49,940 nucleotides of DNA from Selenomonadaceae bacterium (lineage in GTDB: Bacteria; Bacillota; Negativicutes; Selenomonadales; Selenomonadaceae). A program made the position numbers and the translations under genes. The stretch lies in the NCBI GenBank assembly GCA_017635875.1, contig JAGBKP010000144.1, forward strand, positions 1 to 49,940. The letters run 5' to 3'. Below, one piece after another: positions 19,746 to 26,589 of this stretch. How positions within the stretch are numbered: the stretch's first letter is position 1; each line of letters opens with the position of its first letter. The notes under the pieces are model-generated. The model was not told the origin of the DNA. It worked only from the letters and a program-made list of their open reading frames with translations, and ran no database searches.

Positions 19746-20768
19746 TTGGAAAAAGATGTTTCAAAACAGGCGGGGTATTTTATCAAATACGGCTTGATTG
19801 TTTTTGTGGGAATTACTCTTATAATTTCATACGCGATATTTTCATATATGGATAAATCCGAAACTTTAACCATACGCGACGCAAAAATCGCGGGTACTTT
19901 CGTCAGTATAAAAGCGCAAGCGAACGGAAAACTTACGGAAATTCGAGTTAAAGACGGAGAAAACGTATCTGCGGGCGACGTACTAGCGACCGTTGAGGTT
20001 GCCGTTACCGAAGACACCATAAAACAGTTGGAGCAAAACGTTGCGCTTGCAAAAGAAAATTTAGAGCAACTTAAAAAGGGACAGGATATAAAGGTGCCCG
20101 TATCAACAGGCGTTGATTTAAGCGCGGCGAATGCGGATTTAGCGAGAGCCGAATCGCGTAAAAATCGTATGGAAGAACTCTTTAAAATGGGCGCGATAAG
20201 CAAGGTGCAAAGAAACGAAGCCGTAGCGGATTACGAGGCGGCAAAAGCGAGAGCGACGGCGAGCGCGCCGACATCTTACCAAACCCTGCATAAAGATACC
20301 GCGCCGGAAATTTTAGAAAGCGCGGCTCTTAATGTGCGTCAAGCGGAAGCCGCTTTAAAACGGGCAAAAGAAGACGCGTCCGCGACTGAAATAACTTCTC
20401 CCATAGACGGCGCGTTTTATTTGGCGAGCGTTGAAGAAGGAAGCGAAATTCACGCAGGCGAGCGGCTTTTTAACATAGGCGACGCTACGAATATGTGGAT
20501 AGAAGCGAGATTAAATTCGGAAACGCTCTCAAAAATCCGTCTCGGAGAACTTGTGACTTACGAGATAAACGGCAAAAAATTATCCGGCACGGTGACCGAA
20601 ATCGAAGAAGAAATAGCGTCAGACGAAAATGCTCCGCTTGCTACGGAGGGGGGCGCGCCAAAAGTGGAGGGGTCAGACGGCAAACGCGCCGTTAAGATTT
20701 CACTCGCGGACGAGGCTCTTGAAAATCTAAAACCCGGCGCGACCGTTTCCGTTACTTTTCGTTCGTGA
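19746..20768 (+). CDS. HlyD/EmrA-family membrane-fusion (periplasmic adaptor) protein with no adjacent transporter
   Basis: 340 aa. N-terminal TM segment, lipoyl-like hairpin (GKLTEIRVKDGENVSAGDVLATVE), a long coiled coil, and a beta-barrel segment (ITSPIDGAFY...GERLFNIGD). TTG start. Confidence 0.75.
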   Translation: MEKDVSKQAGYFIKYGLIVFVGITLIISYAIFSYMDKSETLTIRDAKIAGTFVSIKAQANGKLTEIRVKDGENVSAGDVLATVEVAVTEDTIKQLEQNVALAKENLEQLKKGQDIKVPVSTGVDLSAANADLARAESRKNRMEELFKMGAISKVQRNEAVADYEAAKARATASAPTSYQTLHKDTAPEILESAALNVRQAEAALKRAKEDASATEITSPIDGAFYLASVEEGSEIHAGERLFNIGDATNMWIEARLNSETLSKIRLGELVTYEINGKKLSGTVTEIEEEIASDENAPLATEGGAPKVEGSDGKRAVKISLADEALENLKPGATVSVTFRS

Positions 20769-20861
20769 AATATGAATAAAAACCTCGTATTTTTTCTTCT
20801 AAAATCTATATATACTCAAAATTTTTAAATAATTTTTATTGCAGAATAAAGGTGTTTATCA

Positions 20862-21863
20862 TTGAATTACATAGGTTCAAAATATTCTTTGCTTGATTTT
20901 TTGACGGAAACAATATCTAGCGTAACTGGGTATAAGAGTGGAGATTCATATATTTTTGCAGATTTGTTTGCGGGAACCGGCATTGTCGGACAAACTTTTA
21001 AAAGTATGGGGTGTAAAGTTATTGCAAATGATATTCAATATTACAGTTATACATTAAATAAGCATTTTATTGAGAATGTACCGAAAATGGACAACAGTTT
21101 AACCGATTATTTAAATTCCCTTACCCCAATACAAGGATTTGTATATAATAATTATTGCGCCGGAGGAGATAAAGGCAGAAATTATTTCATTGATGATAAC
21201 GGTATGCTTTGCGACGCTATAAGGAATGAACTTGAAAAATTAAGATTTAACAAAGATATTGACGAAGGAACTTATTTTTATTATCTTGCCAGTTTAATCA
21301 ATTCGATTGACAAATACGCAAATACTGCTTCTGTTTATGGAGCATATTTAAAGCATGTAAAAAAATCTGCGGCAAAACCTTTTAAATTGGAACTGCTTCC
21401 CGTTATAGACGGCGAAAAAGGCAAGGTCTACAACGAAGATATCAATAAACTGATAAAAACCGTTGAGGGAGATGTTTTATATTTAGACCCCCCGTATAAT
21501 TCAAGACAGTATTCGTCAAATTATCATGTTTTGGAAACGATTTCAAGATACGATAATCCAATATTAATCGGTAAAACCGGACTTAGAGATTCAACATCGC
21601 AGAAGAGTAAATACTGTTCCAAAAGAACAGTTGTAGATATGTTTGAAGATTTGATAAAACGCGCTAAATTTAAATATATTTTCCTTTCTTACAATAATGA
21701 GGGTTTAATGGACTTGAACACCATAAAAAACATAATGTCAAAATACGGCAAATATATTATTTTTACCAAAGATTATAAAAGATTTAAGGCGGATAGCGAG
21801 AAAAACCGAAATATTAAAGCAAATTCAACTACCGAATATTTGCATGCTCTGATAAAGGAGTAA
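20862..21863 (+). CDS. N6-adenine DNA methyltransferase, Dam/D12-class (alpha motif order)
   Basis: 333 aa. N-terminal NYIGSK box, AdoMet motif FADLFAGTG (32-40), and catalytic DPPY (209-212). TTG start after AAAGGTG. Confidence 0.85.
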   Translation: MNYIGSKYSLLDFLTETISSVTGYKSGDSYIFADLFAGTGIVGQTFKSMGCKVIANDIQYYSYTLNKHFIENVPKMDNSLTDYLNSLTPIQGFVYNNYCAGGDKGRNYFIDDNGMLCDAIRNELEKLRFNKDIDEGTYFYYLASLINSIDKYANTASVYGAYLKHVKKSAAKPFKLELLPVIDGEKGKVYNEDINKLIKTVEGDVLYLDPPYNSRQYSSNYHVLETISRYDNPILIGKTGLRDSTSQKSKYCSKRTVVDMFEDLIKRAKFKYIFLSYNNEGLMDLNTIKNIMSKYGKYIIFTKDYKRFKADSEKNRNIKANSTTEYLHALIKE

Positions 21864-21865
21864 TT

Positions 21866-22654
21866 ATGGCAAGGTATAATGATTTAGATCCTAAAAAGTG
21901 GAAAGAATATGCGGACATCATAACGGATTCTCTTTGGCTGATAGATAAAAGAGATAATTCCGGAGCGCATAGCGGGGACTATCACGGAAATTTTGTGCCA
22001 CAAATACCGCATCAACTTTTTACAAGATATACAAAAAAAGGCGATTGGATTTTAGATCCATTTGCGGGCAGCGGCACTACCTTAATAGAGGCTCAACGCA
22101 TGGAACGAAATTCCATAGGCATAGAATTATTGCCGAAAGTGGCAAAGAAGGCGCATGAAGCGATTCAAACGGAACATAAGCGAAATATAGTTTCCAAAAT
22201 AATTACAGGCGACAGTAGAAATATTGATTTAAGCGAGTTATTGTCAATTTTTCAAATTAAGAAAGTACAATTTATTATTATGCATCCCCCATATTGGGAC
22301 ATAATTAAATTTTCTGACAATAAAAACGATTTATCAAATACTTTAACTCTTGGCGATTTTTTAGACGCTTTTGGAGAGGTAATTGAGAATACTTCAAAAT
22401 ATTTGGAAAGATACAGATATTTGGCCTGCGTTATTGGCGATAAATACATGAACGGACAAGTAGTGCCTTTAGGCTTCCATTGTATGAATAAGTTTTTGGA
22501 AAAAGGTTTTTTACTAAAGGCTATATTGGTAAAAAACTTCGGAGAAACAAGAGGCAAAGCGGGAAATCAAGGAATATGGCGATATAGAGCCATTGCCAAC
22601 GATTTTTATATCTTTAAACATGAATATATTTTTGTGTTTAAGAAACTGAAGTAA
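21866..22654 (+). CDS. Second DNA methyltransferase of the R-M cassette (amino-MTase; motif I precedes motif IV; catalytic tetrapeptide HPPY)
   Basis: 262 aa. ILDPFAGSGTTLIEA (63-77), GDSRNI, and IIMHPPYWD (137-145). Starts 2 nt after the first methyltransferase gene. Confidence 0.72.
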   Translation: MARYNDLDPKKWKEYADIITDSLWLIDKRDNSGAHSGDYHGNFVPQIPHQLFTRYTKKGDWILDPFAGSGTTLIEAQRMERNSIGIELLPKVAKKAHEAIQTEHKRNIVSKIITGDSRNIDLSELLSIFQIKKVQFIIMHPPYWDIIKFSDNKNDLSNTLTLGDFLDAFGEVIENTSKYLERYRYLACVIGDKYMNGQVVPLGFHCMNKFLEKGFLLKAILVKNFGETRGKAGNQGIWRYRAIANDFYIFKHEYIFVFKKLK

Positions 22655-22658
22655 AATA

Positions 22659-23258
22659 TTATTTGTCTTCTTTCAAATGTCTTTTAAATTCCAGCGGATC
22701 ATACCAATAACAACCTATACAGGCATTTTCTTCGTTGTTGTGATGGGCTTCGCCCGCATAATAACTCATAGGATAACCCAGTTTTTTTGCGTCGTATCTA
22801 ATTTTATTTTTTTTACACTCTTTACAAAATTGTCTTTTAGCATCGTTTGCGGCTTTTGATAAAGGTTGAAAATCCGAAAGTTTTTGATCTTCGTTTTTCA
22901 TTACTCGGCTTTCGTTTTTCATACCGTTTTTATGATCTACTTCCGGATTGGAGGTGCCTAAAACTACACAACGCTGACTTTTTATGACTTTTTTAATGTC
23001 GCTCCTAATATGTTGAGAAAATTCATCATTATTAAAACCGTTTAATCGTATTCTGTCTATACTGTTGCCGGCAGTTATGGATTTATCAAATTCGATAATG
23101 TATTTTTTAGCGAGAGCAGACTCTTTTCTTGCCCAAGACGCACCGTTTCCAAATGTTAGATGCTTGTATTCTCCAACGAATTCAGATATGCTTACCCAGC
23201 GACTTACACCATCTTTATTGGGATTTGCTAATTTTAAAAACAACTCCGTTTTAGTCAT
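22659..23258 (-). CDS. Small HNH (beta-beta-alpha-Me) restriction endonuclease with a Cys4 zinc ribbon
   Basis: 199 aa. EVDHKNGMKNE...FQPLSKAANDAKR (H109, N138), plus CKEC (145-148) and CIGC (180-183). Convergent with the methyltransferases (4-nt gap) and immediately downstream of the C gene. Confidence 0.62.
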   Translation of the reverse strand: MTKTELFLKLANPNKDGVSRWVSISEFVGEYKHLTFGNGASWARKESALAKKYIIEFDKSITAGNSIDRIRLNGFNNDEFSQHIRSDIKKVIKSQRCVVLGTSNPEVDHKNGMKNESRVMKNEDQKLSDFQPLSKAANDAKRQFCKECKKNKIRYDAKKLGYPMSYYAGEAHHNNEENACIGCYWYDPLEFKRHLKEDK

Positions 23259-23259
23259 T

Positions 23260-23469
23260 TCAATCCTCCATAAGTAGCTTATATGCGTCTATATTTAAAG
23301 CCCCCGCAATTTTTTGAATATTGTTGATAGAAACATTCCTTTCTCCTCGTTCGATATCGCTGATGTATGTTCTGTGCAAATCGCATAGTTCAGCGAATTT
23401 TTCTTGCGATATTTCTAAATTTTTGCGATGTTTACGAACATTTTTGCCAAAAATATGCGCCAATTCCAT
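23260..23469 (-). CDS. R-M controller (C) protein, XRE-family HTH
   Basis: 69 aa. LEISQEKFAELCDLHRTYISDIERGERNVSINNIQKIAGAL closely matches the C-protein HTH pattern. Its stop lies 1 nt before the endonuclease ATG. Confidence 0.78.
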   Translation of the reverse strand: MELAHIFGKNVRKHRKNLEISQEKFAELCDLHRTYISDIERGERNVSINNIQKIAGALNIDAYKLLMED

Positions 23470-23515
23470 AATTTACCTCCATAACCAACTTTAAAAATTA
23501 TGTTATAAACTCTCA

Positions 23516-23540
23516 TACAATAAGTCTACAGACAATAAGT
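23516..23540 (-). promoter_or_regulatory. C-box-like operator upstream of the C gene
   Basis: Minus strand reads ACTTATTGTC-TGTA-GACTTATTGT. Two ACTTATTGT boxes lie around a TGTA core, similar to my recollection of GACTnnnAGTC-type C-boxes. Located about 50 nt upstream of the C start. Confidence 0.45.
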
Positions 23541-23555
23541 AAAAATATTTATATC

Positions 23556-24368
23556 ATGTTGTGTTTAAAGCGAGGATTACCAATGCAACCAGAACTTCCC
23601 AAACCATATTTCAGCAAACTAATGCGAGCCATTACGGAATTTAATATGATTACAGGCGGCGACAAGATTTTAATAGGCCTGTCCGGCGGAAAGGACAGCC
23701 TTTTTTTGCTTTACGCTATGGCGTATTTAAAAGAAAAACTTCACAATAAATTCTCTCTTTACGCTTTAAATATCGACCCGATGTTTAGCGAAAATTTTTC
23801 TGTTGAGAAAATGGAAAATTATTGTCAAAGTTTAGACGTTCCGTTTAAGAGCCAAACTGTCGATATAAAAGGCGCAATAGAGGCGCAGGACGGCAAAACG
23901 CCGTGTTTTACCTGTTCTTATTTTCGTCGCGGCGCGATAAACCGCATAGCAAAAGAAATGGGCTGCAACAAAATAGCTTACGCCCACCATAACGACGACG
24001 CTGTTGAAACTTTTTTTATGAATCTTATTTATTCGGGTCAACTTGGAACGTTTTCGCCGGTAACATATTTAAGCCGTATGGATTTAACAGTTATAAGACC
24101 GCTTGTTTATTTTCGCGAATACGAAATAGAAGAAAGCGTAAAAATCCATAATTTTTCGCCGATAAAAAATCCCTGCCCTTTCGACGGAAATACAAAACGC
24201 CAAAGAGCAAAGGAACTTATCGCAAATTTAAGCGAAGAAATAAAGGATTTTTATCCGCATCTTGCCTCCGCTATGCGAAAAAGCGCGATAAACGAACTGT
24301 GGGATAAAGAAAAAACAAAGGCGGAGATGAAAGAAACTTATTTTAAGTATATAAGCGGGAAATATTGA
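23556..24368 (+). CDS. ttcA: PP-loop ATPase, tRNA 2-thiocytidine synthetase TtcA-like
   Basis: 270 aa. PP-loop GLSGGKDS and CFTCSYFRRG cysteine motif. The true start may be the ATG at 23584. Confidence 0.78.
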   Translation: MLCLKRGLPMQPELPKPYFSKLMRAITEFNMITGGDKILIGLSGGKDSLFLLYAMAYLKEKLHNKFSLYALNIDPMFSENFSVEKMENYCQSLDVPFKSQTVDIKGAIEAQDGKTPCFTCSYFRRGAINRIAKEMGCNKIAYAHHNDDAVETFFMNLIYSGQLGTFSPVTYLSRMDLTVIRPLVYFREYEIEESVKIHNFSPIKNPCPFDGNTKRQRAKELIANLSEEIKDFYPHLASAMRKSAINELWDKEKTKAEMKETYFKYISGKY

Positions 24369-24460
24369 AAAATATTTGAAAGAATTTAAAAATTTTGCTT
24401 AACTTTTCAAAAAAACAACCGATATATATTTTGTAGAAGGAGGGGAACTTCTATAAAGGG

Positions 24461-24500
24461 CTCTCGCTAATGTATTTACATTATGCGAGGGTCTTTTTTG
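24461..24500 (+). terminator. Rho-independent terminator after ttcA
   Basis: Stem 24461-24473 pairs with 24478-24491 (one bulge), followed by TCTTTTTTG. Confidence 0.7.
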
Positions 24501-24600
24501 CGTTTTTACGATTTCAAATTTGCAGGAAATTCAAAAGATAATGTAGAAGATAAAAATGAAAAAATACATAACGCTATTGATGAAAACAAATTATAAAATT

Positions 24601-24710
24601 GTGGTCAAGGGGGACGAGTTCCCCTTGCGAGTGCAGCGACGCGAAGCTAGTCCCTTTAGGGAGGCAGAGTCCTGCTGGGACTTGGGGCAACGCCCCAAAG
24701 GAGGAGTATT
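24601..24710 (+). promoter_or_regulatory. Structured GC-rich 5' leader of the purine permease gene (candidate riboswitch or attenuator, class not assignable)
   Basis: Hairpins CAAGGGG/CCCCTTG (24607-24628) and TGGGGC/GCCCCA (24682-24696). Two AGTCC segments (24649-24653 and 24668-24672) compete for one GGACT (24678-24682). AGGAGG and the GTG start follow directly. Confidence 0.35.
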
Positions 24711-26069
24711 GTGGAAAAATTTTTTAAATTTAACGAGCACGGCACGGATTTAAAAACCGAGATACGCGCAGGAATGGTCACTTTTATGACTATGGCTTAT
24801 ATTTTAGCCGTAAACCCGAGCATACTTTCCGTCACGGGAATGGATCCCGGCGCGATTTTTACCGCTACCGTTGTAGCGTCCGCTATCGCTTGCTTTATTA
24901 TGGGACTGTACGCGAATATGCCCTTTGCGCTTTCTGCGGGTATGGGGCTTAACGCTTATTTTGCTTTTACTATCGTGCTTTCAATGGGATATACTTGGCA
25001 GGAAGCGTTGGGCGCGATTTTATTCGAAGGCGTTATCTTTATACTTTTAACACTTACAAGCGTTCGAGAGGCGATTTTTAACGCGATACCTCTTTCGCAA
25101 AAACACGCGCTTACCGTCGGCATAGGGCTTTTCCTATGCTTTATCGGGCTTCAGAGTTCGCATCTTGTCGTTGACGCTCCCACTTTAATCGGCGCGTTTT
25201 CCTTTTCGGGGGCGATAAAGAACGGCACTTTTTCTTCCGAGGGAATGTTTGCGCTCTTGGCTTTTATCGGAATTTTATTGAACGCCTTTCTTATAGTAAA
25301 AAAAGTGCCGGGCGCGCTTTTAATCGGCATATTTGCGGTATGGCTCCTAGGAATTGTCGCAGAAGTTGTGGGACTTTACGTACCCGCTCCCGAAAGCGGA
25401 TTCTTTAGCGTTATTCCTCATCAATTCGTATCCGCTCCCGCCTCGATGTCCTCCACTTTTTTAGCGTTTGATATTTCGAATATCTTTTCCTTTAATTTTT
25501 TAACCATATTGCTTGCCTTTTTAATAGTAGATTTATTTGATACTTTAGGAACAGTCATAGGCGTTGCTTCAAGACTGAATATACTTGACGAAAAGGGAAG
25601 ACTGCCGGGCATAAAAAAAGTGCTCTTGGCAGACGCAATAGGTACGACCGCATCGGCTCTTTGCGGCACAAGCACGGTGACAACTTACGTCGAGTCCTCA
25701 ACGGGCGTTGAAGAAGGCGGTCGCACGGGTTTTACCGCCGTAGTCGTAGGCTTGCTGTTTCTTTTCGCGCTCTTCTTTTCGCCGCTTTTTCTCTCGATTC
25801 CGTCTTTTGCAACCGCGCCTGTGCTTGTTATAGTCGGATTTATGATGATGCAACAGGTAGCGAAAATTGATTGGCAAGATTTGCTTGAATCAATCCCCGC
25901 ATACATAGCGATAATCGCGCTTGTGTTCTTCTATTCAATATCCGAGGGCATCGCCTTTGGCATAATTTCCTACACCTTTTTAAATTTTGCGGCGGGAAGA
26001 CGCGACAAAATTACGCCGCTAATGTATATTTTATCCTTTGTATTTATACTTCATTATTTTGTGATTTAA
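24711..26069 (+). CDS. NCS2/AzgA-family purine (guanine/hypoxanthine/adenine) permease
   Basis: 452 aa. TDLKTEIRAGMVTFMTMAYILAVNPSIL start typical of PbuG/PbuO/GhxP. About 13 TM segments. Confidence 0.9.
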   Translation: MEKFFKFNEHGTDLKTEIRAGMVTFMTMAYILAVNPSILSVTGMDPGAIFTATVVASAIACFIMGLYANMPFALSAGMGLNAYFAFTIVLSMGYTWQEALGAILFEGVIFILLTLTSVREAIFNAIPLSQKHALTVGIGLFLCFIGLQSSHLVVDAPTLIGAFSFSGAIKNGTFSSEGMFALLAFIGILLNAFLIVKKVPGALLIGIFAVWLLGIVAEVVGLYVPAPESGFFSVIPHQFVSAPASMSSTFLAFDISNIFSFNFLTILLAFLIVDLFDTLGTVIGVASRLNILDEKGRLPGIKKVLLADAIGTTASALCGTSTVTTYVESSTGVEEGGRTGFTAVVVGLLFLFALFFSPLFLSIPSFATAPVLVIVGFMMMQQVAKIDWQDLLESIPAYIAIIALVFFYSISEGIAFGIISYTFLNFAAGRRDKITPLMYILSFVFILHYFVI

Positions 26070-26081
26070 GGAGGAATTTTT

Positions 26082-26312
26082 ATGTCAATAACGATAGATT
26101 TAAGCCCAGAAGACACCGCTTTTGTCGAAGAACAAGCGAAAACCGAAAATTTAACGGCGGAAGCGTTTTCTAAAGCCGCCGTGATGAAAGCGGCAAGAAA
26201 CGCCGCTTATATGGAAAGCATAAGGCGGGCGAAGAAAAATCTTGACGAGGGTAAAGGCGTTTGGGTAACAGACGAAGAATTAAGGAGAATAGTTTATGGG
26301 AACGCTGTTTGA
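26082..26312 (+). CDS. Type II antitoxin partnered with YoeB
   Basis: 76 aa, overlapping the yoeB-like gene by 17 nt. Small acidic protein. Family (YefM versus RHH) not resolved. Confidence 0.6.
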   Translation: MSITIDLSPEDTAFVEEQAKTENLTAEAFSKAAVMKAARNAAYMESIRRAKKNLDEGKGVWVTDEELRRIVYGNAV

Positions 26313-26556
26313 CGATAAAGCGTTTGAACAGTTGATGTATTGGGTTCGCGAAGACCGTAAAATTGCCGCAAAAATACATTCGCTTATAAACGATATACAC
26401 CGTAACGGAATATCGGAAGGAATAGGAAAACCCGAACATTTAAAGAGAGACGATGGGTGGAGTCGCCGTATAGACCACGAAAATCGTTTGGTTTATGATA
26501 CAGATAAAGACGGTAATGTCAGAATAATCTCTTGCAAAGGGCATTATGAAGATTAA
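26296..26556 (+). CDS. yoeB: YoeB/Txe-family mRNA interferase toxin
   Basis: 86 aa. YW..ED.K...KI..LI.DI...G....GKPE.LK....GWSRRI...NRLVY....HY matches the YoeB pattern. Confidence 0.85.
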   Translation: MGTLFDDKAFEQLMYWVREDRKIAAKIHSLINDIHRNGISEGIGKPEHLKRDDGWSRRIDHENRLVYDTDKDGNVRIISCKGHYED

Positions 26557-26589
26557 ATTTAGATAAAATATTAACTGTTGAGGCGCGTT

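Noticed and set aside
19727-20203. 158-aa ORF antisense to the HlyD-like gene
   Set aside because: It lies entirely within the better-supported plus-strand gene, and its Ser/Ala/Phe-rich translation is typical of an antisense shadow ORF.
24369-24710. Searched for the classical guanine/adenine riboswitch upstream of the purine permease
   Set aside because: The conserved core segments (UAUAAU, GUUUCUACC, CCGUAAA, GACUAUG) are absent on both strands.
24556-24753. 65-aa ORF overlapping the permease leader and start
   Set aside because: It overlaps the structured leader and the permease start in another frame, has no SD, and has an odd composition. It is most likely non-coding.
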